A stretch of DNA of 63,688 bases, counting the filler, from Basidiobolus meristosporus CBS 931.73 (Eukaryota > Fungi > Basidiobolomycota): NCBI GenBank assembly GCA_002104905.1. It is 3 parts of 3 records of this genome, joined end to end, with 100 filler letters (N's around TTAATTAATTAA, not from the genome) between each part and the next. Parts side by side here need not be neighbours in the genome. Positions count along the whole stretch, not along the records: positions 1 to 30,576 come from MCFE01000849.1; 2 more parts are not named here. The stretch is one strand, 5' to 3'. Under the pieces are notes generated by a model that was not told where the DNA came from, made no database searches, and worked only from the letters and a program-made list of their open reading frames with translations. The translations under genes and the position numbers were made by a program. Below are positions 11,600-24,960 of this stretch, piece by piece. Position 1 is the stretch's first letter; each line of letters opens with the position of its first letter.

Positions 11600-13633
11600 G
11601 TTTGAATCAAAAAATACTATTGCCTCTTCTCTATTTATCTCTACATATACACATACCTGCCGCAACTGGCACACTTCTATTACCTCCACTTGCCAGTATT
11701 TCAACTTGATGCTTGCAAAGTTCCCATATTCATTAAATGGTTGGTATCATATGCACTTGGCAAACATATGCTCTATGTTGGCCACCTTCACCATTATCAA
11801 CTCTTGGATATCCACAAAGTACCACTTGGTTTTCAGCCAATACATTCCTGCTCCTTGCTGGATTTTAGTTCCCCTCCTATTGGTTTTTCCTCCTTCCTTT
11901 TGGTGGATACCATTCCAAAAGGTATAGTATTATGCTTGTGCCCAGCAGATATCTGGCATACTGACCTGTAGTTTTCCTAGAAATAAATTAATCATTGGTA
12001 ACTTCAAATATAGCTTTGGCTGGCTCAACTTGTTGTCCATGCATTTGGCGGACTTGTCTTTGTTATCCCATATCCATATATTTAGGGTTAGAGGGAGGAA
12101 AGTCACCAAGTGATGAAATCTTTATTTACTTATGACAAGTATATATAGAAGCCAAGTTTGCAATTTAACCCTTCTTCCTATCTCCCCACACATGTGCTCC
12201 ATAGGAAGCTCCCAGAATGTGAAGCATGGCCCTATAGTCTTTACACACTTTGCCAGGTGTAACAGAGAATGGATACAATACCGGCAAAGATCCATACATT
12301 CTAGCTTGTGCCGGCAAAAGAGCCGTTCAAATCCAACTACAAACTCCTCACAGAGTAGTTGTAGATGCATCAAGTTGGCATTGGTGAGCTGCTTCCAGAG
12401 GAACATCCCTACAGTATCTACATATAACTCCCAATGCTTCCAGTGTGCTATTGGTAGAAACTGCTTTAGAAGGCCACTAGAATAAATACACATCCAGTTC
12501 TGCCAGTCCTTGCATTTATACTGTTGCATATGCGTATGAATATTGATTGGTGCCCGTGTAAAGTACATTGGACAATGGATGCACTGCAGTAGCTTGCCAA
12601 TCCTTTCAAATATCTCTGGGATTTCAAACGGTTCCTTGAGGCTATATTGTCCCTTGTAGAGCTTTGTCATTAGTATTGAAATGTTGTTGAATAGTAAATG
12701 CATGGTTCCTAATGGAAAGCTTTTACTCCAACTGATTTCCTCCATCCTCAGTATATCCAGTTTTTGGCTAATCCCATATTTTGACTCTTGGTTGTTCACT
12801 TGACAACTTTTGTGCATTCTCATGCCAACTTCTGTACGTTCTTTTTGAGGGAGGAGTACATTCTTAGTATTGGTATTTGGATAGTAATAGTGTGTATGTA
12901 TGGTGGAGTACACTCCCTGCATCTCACACATTTGACAGCAATACCGTCCATTGTGCCCAGAAAATCCAGCTATCTTGCTAATTGCTGGTGTGTCCCCAAT
13001 GCAGAGTACAATATGTGCTTTAACTTGACGGCCATCCACTATTATCCCTCTGGAAAGTATCTGGAATTCTGCCAATAATGGGTACAGATAGCTATCTAAA
13101 TTGGATGGTGATTTTGGGTCAGATATCAATGAGACTACCATCAGGTTTCTGCTCTGATACCGTAACACTGGTGGCAAATTCAAATTGATGAGAATTAGTG
13201 GTCAGCAAGATTTACTGGTAGTGTACTTGTTTAGTGAGAACCTATCAAGTGCCAAGGCAAAGGCATGATCAAAAATACCTTCAAGCAAGCCCTTACTCTT
13301 CAGTTCTTTGTAATATTCTCCATCATATATATCCTTGTATTCTTTGGTTGGCTCAAATTGATGGCGGTACTGTATAGCTTGACAGTATTCATTTAATTGC
13401 ATCAGCATCTTAAGATGGGGTATCACTGGAATATATCCAGAATTTGATTGGTATTTGCCACCATTGGTTGTTAGTTCCTTGCAAGTTGGACATTTTGTAA
13501 TGGTGTTATACATTGGTGAGAATGCCATACAGCTATTGATACATGACGGTATCAGTACTAGCTCTGGGTCATATGTAGCCTGTGGTAATGGAAAGTATTC
13601 CATTACTACAATATCTCTAAACCAATATTGCAC
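11600..13633 (-). pseudogene. CACTA/EnSpm (tnp2-family) transposase, disrupted
   Basis: Motifs SCINSCMAF..CPTC, DIYDGEYY, NLPPVLRY...DSYLYPLLAE, GDTPAISKIAGFSGHNGRYCCQMC, FWELPMEHMCGEI; stops and a SINE insert; lower boundary approximate. Confidence 0.85.
12082..12158 (-). mobile_element. 5'-truncated 3' end of telomeric SINE family B, inside the transposase
   Basis: TTAGGGTTAG-AGGGAGGAAAGTCACCAAGTGATGAAATCTTTATTTACTTATGACAAGTAT matches the B terminus at 51574. Confidence 0.85.
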
Positions 13634-14261
13634 TTATTTCTTTATTTTGCTTTTTGCTATTGTAACACACAAGAGAAAGATCAAGAATTTCCAACTTTGA
13701 AGAGCAAATGCTCCAGACCCTGACAAGCAATCCGCCCAGGAATATTATGTCATACAGAACACGTAGTAGCCAACACATGTTTCAAATTACAGCTCATTTG
13801 AAGCAGTACTTAAGGAGTTATGACCAAAAGAGTCCAACTATTATATATACTATGCCTTATTGCTAGGATTACTATGGTGACTTTGATCGTGTGTAACTTT
13901 TGAACCAGCCAATCAAATCACGTGCAATTTTCACAGGTGCTGCGCCTATGTCCGATCTGCGCCACTGCAAAATTATAGCTTTGTATCACGTGTATTGCTT
14001 GCGCAATTGCCCAAAAACTTTGATCCTTCAAAATTTTCATATATATGACTTCCCCAGCTGAAAAATAAAGGGAGAGCCTCTCTTTCCAGAATCTCCACAC
14101 TACAATTACAAGTTTAAAGGTTATAAGACTTCCCCTGCATCACTTGCACTGTTGAGTATTCTGACTTTGATCGGTACTACATCAGTAAAGAGACTGCAAA
14201 GCTCACAAGAATCCAATCTAAGTTCTACAAGAAACTACCACTTTTCTGTCGGAAAAGTCCC

Positions 14262-14500
14262 CTCTAAGAAACCCCTTTACTCTAAAGACACCCCTTTAGA
14301 CACCCCTTTAGTCTAAAGACCCCTTTAGAGACCCCTTTAAGAAGCCCCTTTACTCTAAAGAAGCCCCTTTAGGCACCCCTTTAGTGTAAAGTCCACTTTA
14401 GAGACCACTACAAGAAGCCCTTTACTCTAAAGACACCCCTTTAGACACCCCTTTAGGTCTAAAGACCCCTTTAGAGACTTCTACAACACACCCCTTTAGG
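14262..14500. repeat. Degenerate (CCCCTTTA)-rich tandem repeat
   Basis: More than a dozen ccc(c)ttta units interspersed with ctctaaagac/agac. Confidence 0.85.
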
Positions 14501-14925
14501 TTAAAGGGGAGTTCAGAATTTGCATATTAGGAAACATTTTCTCAGAAAGGAAAGTGACTTCCAAATAAGGAAAAGTTACCATAAAAGTAAATAAGCCCAT
14601 TAGTCAACAGAAGGTCAGAACACTGCTGTAGAAGTGATAAACACTGCCTACAGTATATTTTGAGCCCAAGATTGAGGAAATTAGTGAAAGTTATATCTTC
14701 TATTGGTATATCAAACTCTCAATAAACTATTTCAGTATTAGCATACTGGAAGTTGTTGTATATAGTTGATCAGCCTCTACATTGTAGAACAAGCCCCAAA
14801 CTAATCATAATACAACACAACAAGCCTGCTACTTTACACTTTTCCACCTATACCATGTAAGTGGTATCTTGCAATGTGGTATGATTTTGGCAAGTAGCTG
14901 CAGTAACTCCTCAAAACCCCTGTTA

Positions 14926-15453
14926 CTAATATTGGTAGAAATAAAGCATCACTTCCTTTACCAGTAATTGGATTAGTGGGCTCACTTGGCTACTTAGAAT
15001 ATCCATCATGGTATTTGTCCTTTCATATGCTGGGTTTTTGCCATCCTTGTGCTGGGTATTGTTGTTCTCCAAGATAGGTTCACAATTCATTTGTGAGTCC
15101 TCTTTGCCAATAGTATTACTAGGTGACTCCTCCTCAGAAGTTTGAGGAGAGCTACATAGTGTATCATACCCACTCTGCTCAGTTTGAGCCAAGGGAATTG
15201 TGGAGTCAGGTACTGTTAAAAGATTGTTTAGTGACTGGCTAAGTGCCATAGGAAGCTCTGTAGTTGGGGGCTTTTCAGATGGTGTTTGTGTGGCAAAACA
15301 ACAACCATATTCTTTGAAATACTTTCTGCGCTGTCTTTGTGCTTCATTGCTGAGAAGCTTCTTACAGTAATAGCAAGGTCTTTTCTCTCTTTGTTTATGC
15401 CATTTCATCAAGGCATTTGAGTTCATGAAGGAAAATTGATTGATGATCAGCAT
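14926..15453 (-). CDS. Probable N-terminal part of the CACTA transposase
   Basis: Same strand, upstream of the core; CYYC followed by a low-complexity S/T/E region; assignment is inference. Confidence 0.4.
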   Translation of the reverse strand: MLIINQFSFMNSNALMKWHKQREKRPCYYCKKLLSNEAQRQRRKYFKEYGCCFATQTPSEKPPTTELPMALSQSLNNLLTVPDSTIPLAQTEQSGYDTLCSSPQTSEEESPSNTIGKEDSQMNCEPILENNNTQHKDGKNPAYERTNTMMDILSSQVSPLIQLLVKEVMLYFYQY

Positions 15454-15649
15454 TTTAGTGCTAATATATCATTTTTTGACTGAATCTTCTGCAGGTTTGA
15501 CACAGTCTCATATATGCAACATTACTACTTTGTAAAAGCAAGATATATTGATTTGATGCCACAGTAAACAATATATATAAACTTGTATCACCTCACACCA
15601 AATCAAAAGTCACGCTACATTCCATTTGGTTTGACTCATTTCCACAAAT

Positions 15650-17311
15650 ATGCCACCAAAGAAAATTGCAAAACCCTCCCATCCCAAGCCAAGTACCATA
15701 ACCAGCACAAGTCAAAATCCAGCAGGTCAGCAGCTTGCTTTGGTATTCAGCCCAATAAGCAGCACTAGGACTGGAACAAGCTATGCTGAGGGTGTACCTA
15801 GTGTAAATATTGATTCACACCCACCAGGCTTACAGGGAAGACCACAAGGGAGGAGATATGAACAGGAACAAGAAGGTGGTAATGTGGAAGCATATGAAGT
15901 TATAGGAACCGCACCATATCCAACCAATGTCCGTCAAGTAACCCTGTCTGTACCATTACATTCCACTGAGACTATGATGGCAGGACATAACAACCAAATG
16001 ATGATGCAAATGAATGGAGTGTGTGATTGGTTAGATGCAATGGTCCAAAGTCAACAGGAAGCAAGAGAGAGACAAGATGAGCAAATATCATGCTTAGAAC
16101 AATCCCTTTACAATGTAGAGAATACAATATCATTAATGCAAAGAAGAAACACAAACAGTTTTATGACAGGGTCAAGTATAGACCCATATCCCAACATCTC
16201 AGTAGTTGAACACCGTAGGAATCTGGAAGCACAACAAAGGTATACCCAGATTAGACCTGGAGTACAACCAGAGATAGCATAGGAGAGTGAGAGCACAGTA
16301 TACATACGCAAGCCCAGATATCAGAAGACATTGAAAATACAAGATGCCATTGATTATGACAATGAAGAGTGGGCTAATATACAGGAGACCGTAAGAAATT
16401 TGGTACGGAATTGTCAAAAGATTGGCATAGATTGGGACCATCAACCCCCCAAAGAGAAACATATGGCACTTGATCAGTTCCATTCTCACTATCCTGGATT
16501 CAAGCGTGCAAATGGGTCCTGGGCTAATATTGGACTATTTCAAAAATATCTCAAGAATATTAGAAGCTTTCAGAGGCAGAAAACCAAGAACCAGAATACA
16601 AGGACAAGGCAAGTTCCTCAAGAGCCCAACTCAAGTATGGCAGAAAGTTCCCAACAAGCAGCAGAAAGGCGTCAGGTAACTGGCAGAAGGGTAACATGTA
16701 AATAGCAGTTAGTCACCAAACTACCACACTAATATTTCACAAAGGAAATACGCCATATACCACAAGACTTGTCTAGTCTGAGTGATAGCAGCAATGGTGG
16801 TAACAGTAGAGGGAAAGGCTAAGGCAAAGAGAAAGCAAGGGAAGTCCCTCAAAGAGGAAAGCAGCAAACCATCCAAGAAACACTACATTTTGTAGCGGCC
16901 AATGCTCTGAGGCAAGAAAGCTCCAAAGCCCCAGAGAGACAGAAAGAAATACCTAGAAGATCAAGGGTACTCTTGGAAGGTGCAGAGACAGGGCCCATTG
17001 AACAACTGTCTGGTGATGCTGAAGAACCTGTGGAGAAAGCAAACAAGTCTACTACAGGCAGTAGTGTAGAGATCCCACCCACCAACAAAGCAGCACCGTT
17101 AAAAAGGTGCAAACTTATCCAAATGGCTCCAGTAGAGTTTTGCAAGTCAACAAACCACACCAGATCACTCCAGAGGGTCTTTGATGTAAATGAGAGAGTA
17201 AATGCAAACAAGTATTGTGAAGAGTTAATAGAGGAACTAGCAGAAGTACTGCTGAATACAAGGAAGTCTCCACTGCACCAGGAGGTATGGGAAGGAGTAA
17301 ACACCAGCTAG
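15650..17311 (+). CDS. Transposon accessory gene (multi-exon or frameshifted; partly disrupted)
   Basis: ORF pieces 15650-16282, 16331-16705 and 16973-17311 in series, divergent from the transposase; its 3' half is duplicated in the left inverted arm. Confidence 0.5.
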
Positions 17312-18530
17312 CATAAGACCATTGGGACACCACCAAAACATTGGAAGAAAGATGTTGAGCCAGAGATATTTCTTGAATGGTGGGTTTTAATGGAGCTACT
17401 AATACAGTGTAAGGTTGGGGAAGGGCTTGATAGGTACATTGGACTTATGTACCAGTCCGTACAAGAAAGTATTGAGAAACAACTGAAGTTTGAAAAGAAA
17501 TAAACCAATGAGTGTACAGGAATAGTGAGGGATTAATGAGAGTGCAAGAAGCATGGGAGTGAGAAAAGAGAGATAGCAAATGAATGTAGAGTAATGGTAA
17601 GGGAATAATGAGAGTGTGGGATTGGGAAGTAAGAGAAATGAATGAGAGCCAATCAATGAAGGCTTGAGGGGCAATAGATGGTCAAATTTTGACTAAGTTT
17701 TTCACCAAAATTGAGGTGCAATTTTTTTCCAACAGAATATTAGTGGGATTCCTATGGGATTATGACCCCTCCCTCACGTGATCTTAATTTTGTGATGGCC
17801 TTTTGACGGGATCATCAGTCAAATTTCTGATAGGGAATGCTGACTTGGTTGATGAAGATGATTTGATAGGCCAAGGGTTTCAGTGGCAGCTCCCTTATCT
17901 CCATGCATCTGCACACACATTACCTTGAAGTCAATTATTTCATTACCCAGCATAACTGGACTCACCAACTCAAATAGTATAATTGAAGGGACAGGTACAT
18001 GAGTGGAGGTTGATTGAGGCTTCCACATTGTACATATGGTCACCAATCATGTGAAAAAGGTGTCCTTGGAGAGCTCCTGCAGAACAGCAATTCCATCAAT
18101 AGACCAAGTACAACAACACCTCCAGAACTCCAGTATTTGTTGAAGAGTAGCTAGAATGCTCTTGGTACTAGGTCAACTTCAGTATAACCTTCTTGAAGGC
18201 CTTACATTGGTGTGGATTACTGCTTAACTGGCAAGGTTTCTTCATATTTTCTCATCCTAAAAATGAGATAACAACTTGACAAGGTCTGCTCAACCACAAC
18301 TTGACAGGGTTTGCTCCAACACAACTCAACAAGCTCCACTCACTGCTGTGTTCATAAATTTGAAAGCTATATATAACCACAGTAAAAGGCCTCAGACAGA
18401 ATTGCCCTTTTTAATGACATTCCCTTAGAAGCCAGTCAGAATTCATGTTAAATGTGGCTTTACCCTTGAGGTGGAAGTCTTCAGACCCATACTCTACAGG
18501 GTCTAGCAGCTATACACTTAGGGATAGCGC

Positions 18531-19070
18531 TAGGGTTAGGGGGGAGGAAAGTCACCTAATGGTGAAATCTTTATTTACTTTTGACAAGTATCTAAAGAAG
18601 CCAAGTTCATTTGAAGTGGCTCCTAGAAAGCTAGGTCTGAAAGATATCTTCCTGGTAAGCCAGGTCTGAGAGTTAAGAGGCTGAGTGGTACTGTATTTCC
18701 TAGTTAGCTAGGTCTGAGAGGGGTTTTCTTGGAAAGCCAGGCCTGAAAAGTGAGAATCTAAGTAAATCTGAAGTAAGGTATACTAGTTTGTGGTAGCTGA
18801 TTTGTGGCCAGGTTGGCCAGTAGACTGGGGGAGCTCAGCGGAATATCTGGGCGATCACTGGCCAAGCATACTAGGTAAATTTGACCATTTGGCATGTCAC
18901 AAAATCTAGCCAATTAGAGCCTTTACTTTGCCCAATGGTTGATCAGGCCATCTCCCAATGAGCACACATCAATTTATTGATCACTTTTGTTGGATCCAGG
19001 ATTTGAACCAATACCATGTGTATGGAAGGGTTAGGGATAACCTCAAGGCTAAGTGTTTTTGGTTAGGGTT
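18531..19070 (-). mobile_element. Older full-length copy of telomeric tRNA-derived SINE (family B)
   Basis: Collinear with 51574-52100; starts TAGGGTTAGGGGGG, followed by GGTTAGGGTT; several CpGs of the young copies are TG/CA here. Confidence 0.9.
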
Positions 19071-19108
19071 GAACAGTTGAAGTAAAGGTTAGAAAAAATA
19101 AAGAAGTA

Positions 19109-19213
19109 GGGGTCTGGGGGATGGAGTCCCCTAGATATAAAAAGCAAGGGGTTTGGGGGATGGAGTCCCCTAGATATAAAAAGCAAGGGGTTTGGGGGAT
19201 GCAATACCCCATA
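19109..19213. repeat. 39-bp tandem repeat, about 2.5 copies
   Basis: GGGGT(C/T)TGGGGGATGGAGTCCCCTAGATATAAAAAGCAA repeated. Confidence 0.85.
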
Positions 19214-20189
19214 GCTCTCCCCAAACTTAAAAACAGCCCCAAAAAAACAACATTAAAAATCCATAAATATCACTGCAAAGGGTTAAGATTGCTCATCCCA
19301 ACCCTAAACACCCTAACCACAAATATTTTAGTCCTAGCATTATTATTATTTATGGGCTAATTTTAGTGTTTTTCTGCTTGTGTATTTATGAACTTGGCCA
19401 TGTTTGCAAGGAGATTTATATTCCAAATAGCCTAGCCACAATTATCCAATTTACCAAGTGCTATTAGTGCTCATTTAGTTACATATAGAATATTTTGCAG
19501 TCTATTGCTGACTGGCCTATGTATATAGTTTCCTGTGCTGTAGGTTACTCTAAAGATCTTTAATCCATCCACCATACCTGAAGACATTGTCATTATTTAA
19601 CAGTAGAGTATATAAACTTTTCAAGGTCTCCATTTCTTTTTAATTCCTTCAAAAATCAGAAATTGTCTGTATTACCTTCAGTATATAATATATCACAATA
19701 TTTGTATGCATATAAAATCTAATTACTCTTGGGCACCCTATAATATGGAAAATCAAACATGGACAATTTTGTAAGCTGCAGCTAGTGCTAATATTATCAC
19801 CTGGTACCCTATTAAACACAGATTAAAGGTGCATAAAAAAATTATATATCATATATTACAAATTGGATTTGACTGAATTATCAAATAAATGCCCCAATGT
19901 CCTGCTACAAGTTAATATATGATACAATTTCTGAGGTATTAGATCAATGTGGTGGATTTTTATCCAATAAAATAAATGTTTATTCAGCAAAGCTTCTTCT
20001 TGTACTATAATACTACCTGATACTAGGCAGAATCTGCAGCACAGCATAAAAGTGCTATATGATATTTCAAAACAAGATAACTGTGATTACATCTGCCAGC
20101 CTTGATTGTGTAGCTGATATATCCTGATCAGTATCAAAATTATCTCAAACCAATTCATCTAATAATTTAAGGTTCATGAGAAATAAGTT

Positions 20190-21718
20190 GACATTTTGGT
20201 TGGATTAGATCTGGATCACTCCATGAAGGTCTTGCAATGGTACCATGTGAGTCCCTTTAGCTTGGATTTCTGCCAACTTATTATGCAGTCTTGACAGCAC
20301 TATAATAGTACTATCATTTCATTTTCTGCAACAAATCAATGGCTCCAGTAGAGTTTTGCAAGTCAACAAACCAAACCAAATCACTCCAGTGGGTCTTGAA
20401 TGGAAATAATCACATAAATGCATACTAGTATTGTTGAGAATTAATGGGGGAACTGGCAGAAGTACCACTGAATACAAGGAAGTCTTCACTGCACCAAGAG
20501 GTAAAGGAAGGAGTAAACAACAGTTGGCATAAGACGGTTTGGACACTGTCAAACAATTGGAAGAAAGACATTGAGCCTGTTGTATCCAAGAGAAAACTGT
20601 AATAAAAGCTGTTGAATGGTCTTACTGAACTTAAAGGACAATTAAGTGCAGAATCTTAGAATTGTCAAGAAGTGGCGGAAATATTAGCAGAAAGGTTCTG
20701 GTCTAATATTGGTCTTGGATATAGCTGGGTTTGGCTATAAAGACAATGGAGTGGATTTGCTATGCAGGCTAGGCTTGGTGTTCTTGGGAGTGCTAGTTGT
20801 ACTAGGCTTGAATAGAAACTAGAGTGGAATTGTTGAACTCTTAATGTTGTTGAGATAAACTCTTGATTTTGTTGAGACACACACTAAACCAAAAGGTTCA
20901 GTAGACTTTATTTATACTTTTCTGATCAAAGTGAATTAGTAAGTACCAAGAAAATGGATTACTCATTGGAATCAAGTTTGGTGTTGATTGGTGGATAAGA
21001 TAAATTAAAATTGCATCACTAGTCAGCTGATGTCACCAGTGAAGACTTGGCAGATCAGTTGATAATGTGATAATCACATGAGAATAGATCAAGTGTGATA
21101 GCTAAAAATAGATTCTGAGATGGGATATAAATAAGTCATAAGTGAGATTGGTTATTTTTGGGTTAGGGAAAATCAGTTAAGGCACTAGATTTTCTGACTT
21201 AGTGAATTTGACAAAGTTTTAAATGTTGATGCACAACAGAGCCAGATACACTTCTCAAATGTTGGGCTTTAATGGAATTACTAGTAATACAGTTTAAGGT
21301 TGGTGAAGGGCTTGATAGGTAAATTGGACTTATGTATATCTCATACAAAAAAGTATTGAGAAATGGCTGAAGTTTGAAAAGAAATAAATCAATGAGCATG
21401 CAGGAATAGTGAGGGAGTAATGAGAGTGCAAGAAGCAGGAAAGTAAGCAACAGGAGATTGCCTATGATCATACAGTAATAGTGAGGGAATAATGAGAGTG
21501 CAGGATCAGGAAGTAAGGAAATGAACAGGAGCCAAACAATGAAGGCTTGAAGGGCAATAGATATTCAAAATTTGACTAAGTTCTTCACCAAAATTAAGGT
21601 ACAATTTTTTTCTAATGGAATACAGATGGGATTCCTATAGGATTATAACCCCTCCCTCACATTATCTTAATCTTGTAACAGCCTTCTGATTGGATCATCA
21701 CTCAAATTTCTGATAGGG
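20190..21718. mobile_element. Degenerate third copy of the CACTA-like element end, with an internal insertion
   Basis: About 20330-20580 and 21210-21718 match 17130-17835 ending CTGATAGGG; 20190-20330 matches 11000-11130. Confidence 0.7.
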
Positions 21719-24208
21719 TATAGCAATGAACAATTCAGTGGGGATTTTATGTACTGTTGGAGGTGGTAAAGGTATGTTAGCAGAGGTCATCTGTGCTAAT
21801 ACAGTGTGAGAATAAGGCAGTTGCCTGCTACTTGAATGGATTGCAAGATAGACTAGGCTTAATATTATTGAGAGGCAAGACTAATTGGGCATCTAAGGAG
21901 AAACTAAAAAATTTAATTTCTCTGTAAAGCTCTCTGAGAGGTTATTTTTCCTGAGACACACACCAAGCTGCAGTGCTCAGTACCATTATATAAAGTTTTA
22001 AAAGAAAAGGGAATTAGCCAGCACCAGGATTTGATTACTAACTCTGACTATGTTAGCTGTGCACTTTCATACAAGAAAAAAGATTCTTCAGGCCTAATTA
22101 CAAGATTATTTAATATATTCTTTGATCTTCTATTTGCTGGCCACCATGCATATAGTTCATGAGATCATGACATATCTGCAGGATCATCTAGGCTATTGTT
22201 GATTACTGACTAAATAGAGCAAATCCAACCATTGATGATTTAGCAAGATATTCTTTAATCAATTGACTCTCTGTTGTGACCAAGAAGATATACAAAACAC
22301 TTTTCCAAAGTGTAAAGTACTAAGAAGCAGTTAGGTGCAGAATCCTAAAACTCTCAGAAGCAGTGAAAGAATATCAGCAGAAGTGCATGGCACCAATATT
22401 GTACCAAAGTAAAGGTAGGGTTTGCAACCTAGATGGAATACAAGAAGCCCTAGGCTTGGTGTTATTGAGGTGCTAAGTTGACTAGATTTTGAAGGTGAAA
22501 CTGGAGGGATTAGTTTCTTTTGGAAAATACTTCCAAAGTTACTATTGTTGAGATGCCACTTAACTGAAAGATTCAGTACTCTTACTTCCATTAAAAAAAA
22601 TTAAAGCAAAGACAGTTAGTTAGCACCAAGAGAATGGATTACTAGCTCCAATTATTTGGGGTGATGATTGGCAATTGCAATGATCAGGTGGGAGCCAGTT
22701 GATCAGATGATTTCATGAAAATCATGAGTGACAGGCTTTATTCTGGTTAATTAATAACATGTGTCTCAGACAAATAGCTTCCAATGTATTCTCAAAGTAA
22801 TTAATCCCCCTAGCTTCTCCCACAAGCCTGCTGTCTAGCAAACCTTACCTCTACTATTTCAGTAGCAAATCCCTGCTACACTCCATTCTAATATTAGTCA
22901 TGGTCCACTCTGGTATTATCTTCTCAGCAGACCAACAGTTCTAAGATACTGAACTTAACTGTTCCCTGTTCAGTATGCTTTAGTACAAGAGTTTTTGTAA
23001 TTTTTCTTGGACACAACCGTAGCCAGTGAAAAAAATATATAGTATAAGTTGAAGTATCCTCTAGTCAGATGTGTTTGGGGCTGATAAAAAAGGGTTAGGA
23101 ATGCATATTATAAACCTGCTCTCGGAAATTGTTCATTAGGGAGTTTGTATGTTTTAGGTATTGGTACATAACAATAAGCTTGGCAACCCCATTTTCTAAT
23201 TCCCAAATATGATCCTTTGAGATTAGCTCATAGATCAACTGAGTGGGCTGGAGCACAAACTATGCGCAATAGAGTAGCTGGTAGCTTAAGAAATATAAAG
23301 TGGGTTGCAAAGATAGCAGACCTTTGTTACTGTTGTGGGAATGTACTCAGCACAAAATATTAAGTTGCAGTCTTTTTCAACTGTATGCCACCCTCCAGGA
23401 ATGCAACTAGACTACCTATCTCACTATAACCATATGTATCAGCCCATCTTATAGATATATATATTACACTATGCTGCTACCAATTGTTTGAATGATTGCA
23501 TGGCAAGACGTATCCCATCCATGAGCGACTAATAATGACAACAAATGAAGCAACAACAGCAGCTTAAGTGACTAATGGGTATTGTTGCCAGTATCTAGGG
23601 ACAGCGGATAGTGCACTTGGTGCTGTCTAACTAGAATAAGCGGATCAAATTTTCAGCAGGACTTTGTGTTGACTTTTGATAGACTGAGTAACACTTGGTG
23701 GTTGTCGCTCAACTAACGCTTCGAGACGATTGCTAGTGCAGTTGACCACTAGCGCAATTTCGACAAATTTTTGGCATACCCTTTTGTCTTCTGAAGAGTG
23801 GTTAATGGTGCCTAATACGGCAATGAGGTGCTTACGATACACAGATGCTACCCGTTGCCTAACGCACAGTCAGCTCAATAATACTATCAGGATAATACAT
23901 GAGAGCACTATGGCCTCATGAGGACCAAAATCAATGGCCGGGTACAACGTGGTACTAGGCTCTTCTCTGTTCTACCAGGTGTGAGAATTGGCCAGAAGTC
24001 CAATCCCTCTACTTAACGATGTTGCCCGGGTGAAACATGTGAGTGGCCATCGCGGGGCAGAAATCACAAACCTGAGTGGGTGCATCTCCTTGTCGAGCTA
24101 TTATCTGGTTATTATCGACGTTTTTTATGAATGCGACTCTTATTGAGCGCCTAGAACACTTCATTGGCTTTATTTCTTAAACTTGAAAGTCAGAATAGCT
24201 CCCCGCCA

Positions 24209-24960
24209 TCAGCTATTGGTTACTCTCGCCACATTAGCAATGGTCGCCTTTTTCTCAAATATATTGTAGAGTTGCTGAGCAAATGCTTTATCACCGGTCG
24301 CTAACTGACCGTACGTATGCAAGTATACATTCTTGTGCGGTAATCCAAAGGTGCTTGGTACCAAGCCGGTGTTACTACTGCCGAATGAAAACACATCCAG
24401 TGCTGCAAATGCCGCGATACTTCCGCCCTAGAATTTGATTGGTGTTACTTACAAATGGCCAAGGTGCGCCATGTAGTAGGAGCATACCAATGAGTGTCCT
24501 ACTACTGCTAGAGTGTAGAGCTTGGGGTCTTTGATTCGTGTAGTGAGAAGGTTTTTGAAAGACTGGCGCACTTGTGCTTGGAAACTGAGGTATGCCTGAT
24601 GGAATCCCTTGTGTACATTAACTTTCATAGAGGTCTCTGGAAATGTGTAGTATTCCGATACAGCGTTTGCATCATTAAGAAGATTTTTGAAGTTAACTGT
24701 TCTGGATACGATGCCAGCGCGTGAGTTGCGGTGTACCTGAATCTCAGAAATCCTCAAGCTTACCCGCGAAACGAAAGCATGGTTTTCTTCTCCTGTTCAT
24801 CCAGTCCAATGTACCCCGCACTATCTCGATTAGGATTGTGCAAGTACTCTGTGATTTCAATACGTTTTGACAGCCTCCCACAACTCCCACTCTTCAGTGT
24901 ATCTTCTGAGCAATACGCAGCAGTTGCATACCTCGAATGAAGCTGCAACCAACTTCGCAA
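24209..24960 (-). pseudogene. Class-3 lipase paralog, truncated
   Basis: AAYCS..SAGYIGLD..LSFRG, VHKGFHQAY, VGHSL, HTYGQ..RVTN then a stop; same intron positions as the 28361 gene. Confidence 0.8.

Larger units (their letters stand above)
9620..17835. mobile_element. CACTA/EnSpm-like DNA transposon, about 8.2 kb, with 1.36-kb inverted arms and CCCTA...TAGGG termini
   Basis: 9620-10978 is the reverse complement of 16476-17835; encloses tnp2-type transposase fragments and a divergently oriented second gene; no clean TSD seen. Confidence 0.75.
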
